From Eledone cirrhosa (lineage: Eukaryota): DNA of 64,000 nucleotides. Within the stretch, counting starts at the first letter, position 1; the number at the start of each line of letters is the position of its first letter. The stretch covers positions 27,528,001 through 27,592,000 of the forward strand of contig OZ024760.1 of NCBI GenBank assembly GCA_964016885.1. The letters run 5' to 3'. The translations under genes and the position numbers were made by a program. Shown one piece after another: positions 38,629 through 57,713 of this stretch. Below the pieces are notes generated by a model. The model was not told the DNA's origin. It ran no database searches and worked only from the letters and a program-made list of their open reading frames with translations.

Positions 38629-39628
38629 ATGATGGCTGCCACCTCGTTATCGAGTATGGCCATTGCACGATATACCATTATTAATAATTATTATTTAATT
38701 CTATCGTGCAATGCCTGTGCGTGAAGATATTTTTTAAAGTGAGGAAAGACTGTGCACTGAGCCAATCCCACTCTCTGGGAGACAGTAGCTATAACCCGAA
38801 AAGAAGAAAAGATCAACATCATCGGTAACTACTGAGCCGCAGGTTGTATATTGGAGTTATCCCAGTTTCCTGAGTTACCTTCTCCTAGAAGAATGCCCTG
38901 ACAAAGGCTAGGGGTCCTTCACTCCCAGTGGTTTAACCGCTTGATCGGTTGTCCAGCCCGACTATTTCTATGTCCCCGCGCATATACATACACATGCATC
39001 CATGTATATACACATATACATATACATACATATGTACATCTGTATATACATATTTACAAAGTTTTGGATGGCGGTTGACTCTTATGAGTTCTTCAGCCCT
39101 TTGTCAGGGTTTGTTTTTGTCCTGCAAGATGTCCAAAATCACCCTCCTCACCAAGTAAACTTGGTGGAGTTGCCGGTTTAGTCACCGACGACCCGACCAT
39201 GCAACAGGTTGTACTGGGACACATGTTACCAGTAGCACTCAAGAGTGACCCGACATACATACATATACATATATACATACATACATACATAGATGTATAC
39301 ATTCATACATACATACATACATACATGTATACATACATACATATATACATACATACATCATACCCATCATTATTGGTGCTACGGGTTATATACCAACCCG
39401 CTTGGACCAAAGTATGACCGAACTTGGATTTGCGGACAAAAAGCGCAGCTCCCTAATTCATAGTCTACAAATGGCTGCGATAGCTGGCACCTTCAAAATA
39501 TGCAAAACATTCTTGCGATTCAAGGGATGACAATTTCTTTTCTTTTACAACCTTGCCACCAGGAAGGTGGCCGGTCAAAAAAATATACTCGAAATTAAGA
39601 GAAAGAGAAAACATATATACATACATAC

Positions 39629-39684
<56 letters not shown>

Positions 39685-39771
39685 GTAGAAGTTCTATTGA
39701 AATTGTTGGGATACAACAAGCAAATATTTTTATAACTGATATAAAGCACTCAACAAATTATTGGAGTAAAA

Positions 39772-40486
39772 ATACGATATATTAACAAATGGAAACTATA
39801 TTTATAAAACCATATTTATTTCATTATACATATTTCAAGGACACCAAGTTAAATTATGGTGTGCTTTCATCAGATAAAATATAATATAGATCAGTTTTAT
39901 AAATAAATATTGACATACCCTTAAAGAATGCAACCATTTCTGTTGGAAGCTCCCGGATAGTGGGGTTATTAAATTTATTTATTCTATTATGCAAATTAGT
40001 GTCGGATAAAATCACAGTAGATTTAAAATAAGCCGTTGGGGTATGGAGAAAGGGAAAGAAAAGAAAGAGAAAAAAAAGAGAAAAAAAGAGAAAAAAGAGA
40101 AAAAAAGAGAAAAAAGAGCAAACACTAAGAGGAAAATTTGTTTTCTGATTTTCCTCTTAGTGTTTGCTCTTTTTTTCTCTATTTTTCTCTTTCTTTTCTT
40201 TCTCCATACCCCAACGGCTTATTTTAAATCTACTGTGATTTTATCCGACACTAATTTGCATAATAGAATAAATAAATTTTTAATAACCCCACTATCTGGG
40301 AGCTTCCAACAGTAATGGTTGCATTCTTTAAGGGTATGTCAATATTTATTTATAAAACTGATCTATATTATATTTTAATTTTATCTGATGAAAGCACACC
40401 ATAATTTAACTTGGTGTCCTTGAAATATGTATAATGAAATAAATATGGTTTTATAAATATAGTTTCCATTTGTTAATATATCGTAT
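39772..40486. mobile_element. Large foldback element (arms about 350 bp) with hammerheads at 39817-39881 (-) and 40377-40441 (+)
   Basis: TATTTTAT-CTGATGA-AAGCACACCA..TGGTGTCCTT-GAA-ATATGTAT-A-ATGAAATA in both arms; centre near 40140. Confidence 0.85.
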
Positions 40487-40549
40487 ATATATATATATAC
40501 ATACATACATACATACATACATACATACATACATACATACATACATACA

Positions 40550-40634
<85 letters not shown>

Positions 40635-41058
40635 TTATCCGTACCTGCACCTCTAATAAATGGAAGAAAAAAAAGTATCCGAAGAATGTTTGCTAAACAC
40701 TTGACACCCTGTGATAAGCCACTGTCTGGCCTCCGACGATCCACCCGCCCCTCAGCCACCCGTCCACCCATCCACCCAACCACCCACCCACCGTCCACCC
40801 AGCCACTCGTCCAACCAGTCACCCCACTACCTCGCCACCCGATTGAAAGACCGATCCGCCCTTGGCACACGTCAGTCCACCCGACGCCTGTCTACCCAGT
40901 TCGCCCACGTACCAGACATTGTTCGTGGCTTTCCCTCCAACCTAGCTCCTTCCATGTTTGTCAAGTGTGTGTGTATACATGTGTGTGTATGCATGTGTGG
41001 TGTGTGTGTGCGTGGTTATGTGTGTGTGTTCATGTATATATGTGTATGCTTGAGCGTT

Positions 41059-41103
<45 letters not shown>

Positions 41104-41199
41104 TTATTCACTCAACCTCTTATTTACATGAACGCTCATGCATACACATATATACATGAACACACACACATAACCACGCACACACACACACAAATATAT

Positions 41200-41241
<42 letters not shown>

Positions 41242-41547
41242 TAAAAGGACGATTTGTTATGTCTTCATTACGTTTATTGAATAGTGACGCGCGTTTCGCT
41301 ATTAATCAGCTCAAGGTTCGATCTGTATGGATTTACTCCGACTCTTGAAACAAAAGCTCGTCGGACCTTGAGCTGATCAATAGTGAAACACGTGTCACTA
41401 CTCAATAAAACGTAATGAAGACATAACAAATTGTCCTTTTATCATTATATTTACACTCTGCTTAGTTCCACACTTCGTTACAGACGGGGAACTACATATT
41501 GAGTGCTCACTCGGGTGAACCTACGGTAACTGCATGTTGCATTACCT
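41242..41547. mobile_element. Foldback element with tail, between TA tracts
   Basis: Arms 41242-41318 / 41365-41441. One arm has GAA-ACACGTGT-C, the other GAA-ACGCGCGT-C. Confidence 0.75.
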
Positions 41548-43118
<1,571 letters not shown>

Positions 43119-43343
43119 TAAACAATTAAGTTAAAAATGTACATCCACATATGTATACTGAAATACTAGTATGCATATGAATACACACACGTGTACATAT
43201 GTAGATGTACCGAGTTTTCACTGGTCACTTTACTGTGAGTGTCCAGCTATTCCGTATGTAAACACACAGACAAACCGGTTCTTAGAGTCATACTGGTTTT
43301 TGAGGAAACACCTTTCCTCTATTCTCCAGAAAGCCAGACAAGG

Positions 43344-43388
43344 AATATTGGACTAGTTTCGATGTTGTTACATCTCATCAGCAATATT
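43344..43388 (-). ncRNA. Minimal type I hammerhead ribozyme (repeated at +465 steps to 46134-46178)
   Basis: Minus strand AATATTG-CTGATGA-GATGT aaca ACATC-GAA-AC ta GT-C-CAATATT: perfect 7-bp stem I, 5-bp stem II, palindromic ACTAGT stem III, GUC cleavage triplet. Confidence 0.9.
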
Positions 43389-46300
43389 TACCTATCTTCC
43401 GGCTTCTCTAGAGAATCGTGAAAGCACATATCGTTATATGCTTTTTCTATGAAAATTAGTAGTGGGCAGACCAATCTGCACAGAGCGCGAGCACGCACCG
43501 GTTCAACGGAGACGATAAAAACAAATAACGAAACGAAATTAAATTTCGTTTCGTTTGTAACTCACTTTTGTATGACTGACGCTTAAACAATTAAGTTAAA
43601 AATGTACATCCACATATGTATACTGAAATACTAGTATGCATATGAATACACACACGTGTACATATGTAGATGTACCGAGTTTTCACTGGTCACTTTACTG
43701 TGAGTGTCCAGCTATTCCGTATGTAAACACACAGACAAACCGGTTCTTAGAGTCATACTGGTTTTTGAGGAAACACCTTTCCTCTATTCTCCAGAAAGCC
43801 AGACAAGGAATATTGGACTAGTTTCGATGTTGTTACATCTCATCAGCAATATTTACCTATCTTCCGGCTTCTCTAGAGAATCGTGAAAGCACATATCGTT
43901 ATATGCTTTTTCTATGAAAATTAGTAGTGGGCAGACCAATCTGCACAGAGCGCGAGCACGCACCGGTTCAACGGAGACGTTAAAAACAAATAACGAAACG
44001 AAATTAAATTTCGTTTCGTTTGTAACTCACTTTTGTATGACTGACGCTTAAACAATTAAGTTAAAAATGTACATCCACATATGTATACTGAAATACTAGT
44101 ATGCATATGAATACACACACGTGTACATATGTAGATGTACCGAGTTTTCACTGGTCACTTTACTGTGAGTGTCCAGCTATTCCGTATGTAAACACACAGA
44201 CAAACCGGTTCTTAGAGTCATACTGGTTTTTGAGGAAACACCTTTCCTCTATTCTCCAGAAAGCCAGACAAGGAATATTGGACTAGTTTCGATGTTGTTA
44301 CATCTCATCAGCAATATTTACCTATCTTCCGGCTTCTCTAGAGAATCGTGAAAGCACATATCGTTATATGCTTTTTCTATGAAAATTAGTAGTGGGCAGA
44401 CCAATCTGCACAGAGCGCGAGCACGCACCGGTTCAACGGAGACGATAAAAACAAATAACGAAACGAAATTAAATTTCGTTTCGTTTGTAACTCACTTTTG
44501 TATGACTGACGCTTAAACAATTAAGTTAAAAATGTACATCCACATATGTATACTGAAATACTAGTATGCATATGAATACACACACGTGTACATATGTAGA
44601 TGTACCGAGTTTTCACTGGTCACTTTACTGTGAGTGTCCAGCTATTCCGTATGTAAACACACAGACAAACCGGTTCTTAGAGTCATACTGGTTTTTGAGG
44701 AAACACCTTTCCTCTATTCTCCAGAAAGCCAGACAAGGAATATTGGACTAGTTTCGATGTTGTTACATCTCATCAGCAATATTTACCTATCTTCCGGCTT
44801 CTCTAGAGAATCGTGAAAGCACATATCGTTATATGCTTTTTCTATGAAAATTAGTAGTGGGCAGACCAATCTGCACAGAGCGCGAGCACGCACCGGTTCA
44901 ACGGAGACGATAAAAACAAATAACGAAACGAAATTAAATTTCGTTTCGTTTGTAACTCACTTTTGTATGACTGACGCTTAAACAATTAAGTTAAAAATGT
45001 ACATCCACATATGTATACTGAAATACTAGTATGCATATGAATACACACACGTGTACATATGTAGATGTACCGAGTTTTCACTGGTCACTTTACTGTGAGT
45101 GTCCAGCTATTCCGTATGTAAACACACAGACAAACCGGTTCTTAGAGTCATACTGGTTTTTGAGGAAACACCTTTCCTCTATTCTCCAGAAAGCCAGACA
45201 AGGAATATTGGACTAGTTTCGATGTTGTTACATCTCATCAGCAATATTTACCTATCTTCCGGCTTCTCTAGAGAATCGTGAAAGCACATATCGTTATATG
45301 CTTTTTCTATGAAAATTAGTAGTGGGCAGACCAATCTGCACAGAGCGCGAGCACGCACCGGTTCAACGGAGACGTTAAAAACAAATAACGAAACGAAATT
45401 AAATTTCGTTTCGTTTGTAACTCACTTTTGTATGACTGACGCTTAAACAATTAAGTTAAAAATGTACATCCACATATGTATACTGAAATACTAGTATGCA
45501 TATGAATACACACACGTGTACATATGTAGATGTACCGAGTTTTCACTGGTCACTTTACTGTGAGTGTCCAGCTATTCCGTATGTAAACACACAGACAAAC
45601 CGGTTCTTAGAGTCATACTGGTTTTTGAGGAAACACCTTTCCTCTATTCTCCAGAAAGCCAGACAAGGAATATTGGACTAGTTTCGATGTTGTTACATCT
45701 CATCAGCAATATTTACCTATCTTCCGGCTTCTCTAGAGAATCGTGAAAGCACATATCGTTATATGCTTTTTCTATGAAAATTAGTAGTGGGCAGACCAAT
45801 CTGCACAGAGCGCGAGCACGCACCGGTTCAACGGAGACGATAAAAACAAATAACGAAACGAAATTAAATTTCGTTTCGTTTGTAACTCACTTTTGTATGA
45901 CTGACGCTTAAACAATTAAGTTAAAAATGTACATCCACATATGTATACTGAAATACTAGTATGCATATGAATACACACACGTGTACATATGTAGATGTAC
46001 CGAGTTTTCACTGGTCACTTTACTGTGAGTGTCCAGCTATTCCGTATGTAAACACACAGACAAACCGGTTCTTAGAGTCATACTGGTTTTTGAGGAAACA
46101 CCTTTCCTCTATTCTCCAGAAAGCCAGACAAGGAATATTGGACTAGTTTCGATGTTGTTACATCTCATCAGCAATATTTACCTATCTTCCGGCTTCTCTA
46201 GAGAATCGTGAAAGCACATATCGTTATATGCTTTTTCTATGAAAATTAGTAGTGGGCAGACCAATCTGCACAGAGCGCGAGCACGCACCGGTTCAACGGA

Positions 46301-46552
46301 GACGATAAAAACAAATAACGAAACGAAATTAAATTTCGTTTCGTTTGTAATTGTTTAAGCGTCAGTCATACAAAAGTGAGTTACAAACGAAACGAAATTT
46401 AATTTCGTTTCGTTATTTGTTTTTATCGTCTCCGTTGAACCGGTGCGTGCTCGCGCTCTGTGCAGATTGGTCTGCCCACTACTAATTTTCATAGAAAAAG
46501 CATATAACGATATGTGCTTTCACGATTCTCTAGAGAAGCCGGAAGATAGGTA

Positions 46553-46597
46553 AATATTGCTGATGAGATGTAACAACATCGAAACTAGTCCAATATT
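46553..46597 (+). ncRNA. Minimal type I hammerhead ribozyme (inverted unit)
   Basis: AATATTGCTGATGAGATGTAACAACATCGAAACTAGTCCAATATT reads directly on the plus strand. Confidence 0.9.
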
Positions 46598-46891
46598 CCT
46601 TGTCTGGCTTTCTGAAGAATAGAGGAAAGGTGTTTCCTCAAAAACCAGTATGACTCTAAGAACCGGTTTGTCTGTGTGTTTACATACGGAATAGCTGGAC
46701 ACTCACAGTAAAGTGACCAGTGAAAACTCGGTACATCTACATATGTACACGTGTGTGTATTCATATGCATACTAGTATTTCAGTATACATATGTGGATGT
46801 ACATTTTTAACTTAATTGTTTAAGCGTCAGTCATACAAAAGTGAGTTACAAACGAAACGAAATTTAATTTCGTTTCGTTATTTGTTTTTAT

Positions 46892-49308
<2,417 letters not shown>

Positions 49309-49309
49309 C

Positions 49310-50400
49310 TAGATTCTATAATAAATAGATTTGTTTTCTATCTGCCTGCATAAATTCCATAGGACTTTTCACAAAGTATACAGTTAATATTCAATTCTTT
49401 ATCAATTTAGAATCTTTTCTCAAAGGCACATATACATACACCTCTTTAAAATATACCCATCTTCCTACCTTACTTCAAAGGACATTATACACTCTATAAT
49501 ACTTGTTTACTCATTACCCTCTTTCTATCTTCACCTTGTAAAATCCTTCATAACATATACATTTGTTTTTTTGACGTTAGAATATTCATCCGCAATTATT
49601 ATTATTTTTTCTCTCTATCATAAAACTTTTTAATCTCAATTTCATCCTTAATTTATTATTTTTTTCTCCCCATCAACGAACTCATTCTTAATACATATTA
49701 ACTCTTTATTCGCATATATTATCAATTCCTTCAATATACAAACTTTAACTTCACATTATTTTTCTCAAATCCTTCTACACACAAACCTTAATAATTTTTT
49801 CTCTTCGTTAATTTTGAAATTGCCACAATACTTATCAACATACACTTTTTTTGACGTTAGAATATTCATCCACAATTATTATTTTTTCTCTCTATCTTCA
49901 TACATAAATTCCCTTCGTTAATTTTCAAATTCCTTTAATTTATACATTATCTTCCAACGGTTCTCAACCTCTCTATGTAAAACAATATATCTTTTCTCAG
50001 TTATAAAAACTATCTCTTTCTCTCTATCACCCATCTCTCCCTCTCCACCTTCACTCTCATCTCCTCCCCCTTTTTTCATCCTTTCCACCCCACCCCCTAA
50101 ATAAAATATTTTTTCCTCGCACATATCTTCCCTTCGTTAATTTTCAAATTAATTTATACATTATCTTCCAACGGTTTTCAACCTCTCTATGTAAAACAAT
50201 ATATCTTCTCTCAGTTATAAAAACTATCTCTTTCTCTCTATCACCCATCTCTCCCTCTCATCTCCTCCCCTTTTTCATCCTTTCCACCCCCCCTCTCTAA
50301 ATAAAATATTTTCCCCAATATCACACATCAACCTAAAACCACTTTTCATATGTTGATTTAAAACTGCACTATCCACAAGTGTTTTTTAGCCTTCATATCA
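49310..50400 (-). pseudogene. Possible decayed Penelope-like GIY-YIG endonuclease region
   Basis: Minus strand fragments CEEKIFY...KRYIV..ENRW and KRC..CL*EK..LN..EF...YLL loosely follow the PLE endonuclease/C-terminal pattern. There are many stops and internal duplications. It lies next to an inverted hammerhead. Confidence 0.3.
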
Positions 50401-50408
50401 TGTTCTCC

Positions 50409-50479
50409 TGTTTTATCTGATGAAAACACAAATATTATTGCATGATGATGTTTGTTTTTGAAATGCGCATAATAAAATA
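50409..50479 (+). ncRNA. Type I hammerhead ribozyme (family F3)
   Basis: TGTTTTAT-CTGATGA-AAACACAAATATTATT gcat GATGATGTTTGTTTTT-GAA-ATGCGCAT-A-ATAAAATA. Flank ATGGAACTC.TTTAACCATCTTTT is shared with 11604-11627. Confidence 0.8.
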
Positions 50480-50533
50480 CATGGAACTCCTTTAACCATC
50501 TTTTGATCTTATATTATACATATATATATATAC

Positions 50534-50584
<51 letters not shown>

Positions 50585-50636
50585 CATATATATATATATG
50601 CATATATATATATATGCATATATATATATATATAAA

Positions 50637-51262
50637 ACCCGGCTGACGCTGCCATTTTACAGCAGGATCTGGATGCCATATACAGATGGGCGGAAGAAAA
50701 CAACATGCAGTTTAATGCTGGCAAATTCCAAGCCCTACAATACAAACCTGCAAACACAAATATAGTGGAACACAGCTACACAGGACCAAGAGGGACCGAT
50801 ATCCCCGTGTCAAAATCGATACGAGACCTGGGCATAGACATGAGCGATGATGCATCTTTTTCTTCACACATCATGAAGGTGGCGACAACATGTAGACGAT
50901 TCGCTGGCTGGATCTTGAGGACTTTCCTTACAAGAGATCGAGACACCATGTTGACACTGTGGAGGACTTTTCCTAAGCCGCCTGGACTACTGCTCCCAGC
51001 TGTGGTCACCCCATAGTGTCAAACTAACCACGGAGCTTGAGGTAATCCAGCGAAGCTACACCAAGAGGATTGCCAAGATGAGGGAGACAAGCTACTGGGA
51101 GAGGCTAAAGGAACTGAACCTCTACTCCTTGGAGCGAAGACGGGAGAGATACGCAGTGATCTACATGTGGAAAATCATGGAGGGACTAGCACCAAACTTT
51201 GGCATTGGGAGCTGGACCAACCGTCGAACAGGACGTCACTGTGTGGTGCCGTCTACGATTTC
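50637..51262 (+). mobile_element. CR1-group LINE fragment (end of RT and C-terminal region), frameshifted
   Basis: [31 protein letters not shown]..; LDYCSQLWSP in a shifted frame; SYWERLKELNLYSLERRRERY. Confidence 0.85.
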
Positions 51263-51870
51263 CCGCCTTCACTATACACCAATGTATTTACGGGTCACTT
51301 TCACGACCTTTCAGACCTGTATTAGTTGGAGTGAGGTCATATATTTTGTCGTTCCTGGGGTTTTTAACCCTAGGACAGGAAAATGCTTCTCTGATGATCG
51401 TTGCTTTTCCATTAATATCCTCGTGATATTTAATGTTTTGCACCGTGAAACTGTACAGTTAGGGCCATTTGAATAGGTAAATATTTATATTATATTTTTT
51501 AATTTTGATTAATTTTAATTGTATATTAATTTTGATTTATTTTGAAAGATTGGTTGAATTTTACTTGTTCTGCTTATCTTGATATACATATATATATATA
51601 CATATACATATATATATACATATACATATATACATATACATATATATATACATATATATATATACATATACATATATACATATACATATATACATATACA
51701 TATATATATATACATATACATATATATATATATATATACCCCCCCCTCACTCTCAAGAGCGTGAACCAAATAAACCTTTATTTGTCTGCCTCTCTGTTTC
51801 GTTCCCGTCCAAATTTGCACTATATATTTATATATATATATCTATATATTTATATATATATATATATATA

Positions 51871-52061
51871 GGTTTATCCCGGGTTCAATCGGGGGTAACC
51901 ACAGTAAGTAAGGTACTCAATACATAGCAGAGTATAAATATTTAATATAGAAAGGCTTCTACAGGACTAGAACTGATTCATTCGGTAGAAATCAACAGGA
52001 AGGCTTCTTGATGATTTCTACCGAATGAAAAATTTCTAGTCCTATAGAAGCCTTTCTATAT

Positions 52062-52107
<46 letters not shown>

Positions 52108-52221
52108 AACGAGTAGGACCCCGACGGCTGAGCTCAGCCATCGGGGTCCTACTCGTTCCTATTACCTACTCTACTACCCTAAGTATTGAGTACTTTGGTG
52201 CGTTATGGTCCACCTGGATCC
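51871..52221. mobile_element. F5 foldback (51938-52067, tail to 51871) followed by an F1 foldback (52103-52221)
   Basis: Inverted arms read directly; separated and flanked by (TA)n. Confidence 0.8.
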
Positions 52222-52238
52222 TTACCACATTTCCTTCG

Positions 52239-52275
<37 letters not shown>

Positions 52276-52530
52276 TGCCTATACTCATGAAGTACATGTT
52301 AACAGGTTATAAATCACTTCGCTTGTTCTTAATAATTTACAGCGATTATAAATAAAGGAACTGAATTTAACGTTTCGACTTGTACTTCATCGTTATAAAT
52401 CTACTCCGGGGTAAAAAGACTAATTTTTGTACTACGTCGAGTGTTCTCTCCTGCATACTAAAGTGTCAGTGATAAACTAACATAATCTAACTAATGTACA
52501 CACACACATATATATATGCAGATATATCTG

Positions 52531-52624
<94 letters not shown>

Positions 52625-52832
52625 GGAAAACGAAGAATCAGTGATGCATCGGAACACAATATATTACGTATTACAATTGTTTCTCCGGCGAACAACTCGA
52701 GGTGCGATCTGTTTGTGGATCGAACCTGACTCTGGATTCGCAAGTTCCTCATATGTCTAGTGATTTCGAAGCAAATCCTCTTTCTGTACTTAACTGGCAT
52801 ACCGTGTATGGACGCATCCAAGCAACCTTACT

Positions 52833-52869
<37 letters not shown>

Positions 52870-53526
52870 CGCACTCCATCTCCACTTTTCTATAAAACAT
52901 TCGTGTATTTACATGTAGGTATGTGTGGGCGCTTGTTATATACGTATTTATTTATATACGTTTATATAATTATTTATTTATTTGAATACACGCATACACA
53001 CACACACATATTTATATGTGCGTGGTTTTGTTTACCTATGGTAAGTTTTTGCGTATGCTTGTGTATGTACGTATTTGTTTGCGTGTATGTATTTATTTAT
53101 TTCTATTACTTCTGTATTGTATTTATTTACTTTGTTCTTAACTCTGTAGCGGAGATTCATTTGGTCTCCTAGTTAGAATTTTAGTCTACGACTTCTGCTA
53201 TACCGTTTACGTGGTTTTGTCTTTGCGTGCTATTGTTCTCCACGCTCCACATATGACGTATTATCGTCGTTTTTTCGTTCATTGCCAAAGAACGTCTCTA
53301 TGCACCACCTAAGAGAACATTAGTCTACGACCTCTTTTATACCATAAACGTGGTTTTGTCTTTGCGCGTAACTGTTTTTCACCGCTCCTATTAATGACGT
53401 ATTATTCGTTTTTTCCCGTTCTTAGCCAGCGAACGTTTCCACGAACCAAAGTATCGTCTTCCTGTCTTCCTCCGGTTGCAACGTTTTTTGAAATATCCAG
53501 TTCTGCGTTTACAGATTGACTTTGTT

Positions 53527-53577
53527 AGTTTCAGAAGATCCCGTTAAGGGTGAAAGCAGCGATTCTTTGCTTAAACT
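53527..53577 (+). ncRNA. Hammerhead-like fold with variant core CAGAAGA (family F4)
   Basis: AGTTT-CAGAAGA-TCCC gttaa GGGT-GAA-AGCA gcgattctt TGCT-T-AAACT. Confidence 0.5.
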
Positions 53578-53766
53578 TTAATCTGTTATTTTAATAAATA
53601 TTTGCTCTACGGTTCTTATATATTTGATATATATTTATCCTTATCGAGCCCTCTTTGGATTTTAGTCTTCAAATTTATTATTATTATTATTACTACGGGG
53701 TCGATAAAATAAAGTACCAGTAATGCACTGGATAATTGCTGGCCTTGTGCCTAAAGTAGAAACAAT

Positions 53767-53813
<47 letters not shown>

Positions 53814-53909
53814 GAACAGATTAAAGTTTAAGCAAAGAATCGTTGCTTTTGCCCTTAACGGGATCTTCATCGAGCCGTCTTCGGATTTTAGTCTTCGCAT
53901 TTATTATTG

Positions 53910-54022
<113 letters not shown>

Positions 54023-54069
54023 ATTTTGAGTTTCTAACTGAATATATACCTTTGATATATATATATATA

Positions 54070-54960
54070 TCTGTATATATATAAAATTAAATATGTGTGT
54101 GTGTGTCTGTGTATTGCCTATAGGGGCCTACATCTTACGACCGATTTTCATGAAACTTTACAGGCTCATAGATTAGTCATCGGGAAGTTTTCTATATATC
54201 AGCGTATCTTTTTCTTTTATTTCAGGGTCATTCTGCAGATAAAAATCGATGGGGGGGCACCTTTTTTTAGGTATCGAAAAATAAGATTTTTGCCCCTAGG
54301 TCCCACATTTTGCCACCGATTCCGTTCAAATTTTAAAGCAAAATAGAATTTATCATTGCACATCCTGTAATGGCTTTATATTTTACATTTGTTGTTCAGG
54401 GACGGCGGGGCAGCCGCTTAAATATTCAAAAGTACCACTTTTAGACTCAAATTTCCACTTTTTCGGCTCTAGCTCCCACATTAATCAACCTACTTTATTC
54501 AAATTTTACACTACGCTAGATCTGATTATTTCACGTCTTAAAGTGGCTTTAGATTTTGGATTTTTTGTTCAGGAATGGCGTGGCAGCCGCTTAAATATTC
54601 GAAAATACCACCTTTTCGACTCTAGCTCCCACATTTTTCAACCGATTTCGTTCAAATTCGAAACTTCGGCTCCACCTCACACATAAATCAATTTATTTGG
54701 TTCAACTTTTATACTACGATAGAACCTATCATTGCACATCTTATAGTAGCTTTACACTTTGCATTTTTTGTTCAGGGACGGCGTGGTAGCCGTTTAACTC
54801 TTCAAAATACGATTTTTTCCACCTCCCACATATTCCATACGATTTCACTCAACATTTCGCCATTTGCCACATTTGAAACTCGCAGTCGCTAAGATCAACG
54901 CCTTTTCATCAAAGCAGATATTATTTTACCTACCTAGGCAACGCTGGGTTTTGATGCTAG
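54070..54960 (+). mobile_element. Non-autonomous Helitron
   Basis: Starts TC(TGTATATATATAAAA) after A. Ends with the subterminal hairpin CCTAGGCAACGCTGGG then CTAG before T. No TSD. Three internal diverged repeats (TTGTTCAGG.A.GGCG.GG.AGCCG). Confidence 0.75.
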
Positions 54961-55119
54961 TATATATATATATATATATATATATAAAGAATGAGTTATT
55001 TGGTTTGTTGATTATTCGACAAAGTTAATTTTACACCAGATTAGAAGCACTCAACAAATTTATCTGGAGTAACATTAATATCAATGATATAAATAAATAT
55101 ATGTTATATATACAAAAAA

Positions 55120-56913
<1,794 letters not shown>

Positions 56914-57388
56914 CAGTTGTCATCGTCATTATCATCATAACACCGTTGTTCTTCAATCGGCAAACGGGTGGGGTGGGGTGGGGGCCTGACGGCAATGTGA
57001 CAAGCGATGATGATGATGATGATGGTAGTGATGGGGATGGTGGCGGTGTGGATGAAAAACGTTATTAAAAGCTAACATGTGTGGGAGTTACACCACGTTT
57101 CTACTCTTATCAATAGAAATTATCTAAATCTGCTCAGAAACACGACTCCTTCGTGTCGTCATGGTTCACTTTCTTCCTCTCTTTCTTCTTTCCATTACTC
57201 CCTCTCTCTCTCTCCCTCTCTCTCTCTCTCTCCCCCCTCTCTCTCTCTCCTGATATATCTATCTATATGTCTGTCTATCTAAATGTCTGTCTGTCTAACT
57301 GTCAGTCTATCTATCTATCTATCTATCTAACCGTCTGTCTATCTATCTATCTACCTTTCTATCTAACTGTCTTGCGTGTATGTCTATT

Positions 57389-57446
<58 letters not shown>

Positions 57447-57450
<4 letters not shown>

Positions 57451-57649
57451 AACGAGTAGGACCCCGACGGCTGAGCTCAAGCCGTTTCGACAGGCTAATT
57501 CTGGATTAAATCTGCTCAGAATTAGCCGTCGAAACGGCTTGAGTTCAGCCGTCGGGGTCTTACTCGTTCCTATTACCCACTCTACTACTCTAAGTATTGA
57601 GTACTTTGGTGCGTTATGGTCCATCTGGTTCCTTACCATATTTCCTTCG

Positions 57650-57651
<2 letters not shown>
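57447..57651. mobile_element. F1 foldback element
   Basis: Same arms and tail as 8638-8842, in opposite orientation, between TA runs. Confidence 0.85.

Positions 57652-57708
<57 letters not shown>

Positions 57709-57713
<5 letters not shown>

Larger units (their letters stand above)
43119..46891. repeat. 465-bp tandem array (7 units, the last slightly short) plus about 1.15 inverted units; one hammerhead per unit; retrozyme/PLE-pLTR-like
   Basis: Exact 465-bp period, with ORF-track duplicates from 43171 to 45961. Inversion junction at about 46350. Flanked on both sides by TA/TACA tracts. Confidence 0.95.

Noticed and set aside
43171-46770. Repeated 60-61 aa ORFs in the 465-bp array
   Set aside because: Short, no recognisable domain, and identical only because the DNA is repeated. 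They are antisense to the ribozyme strand.
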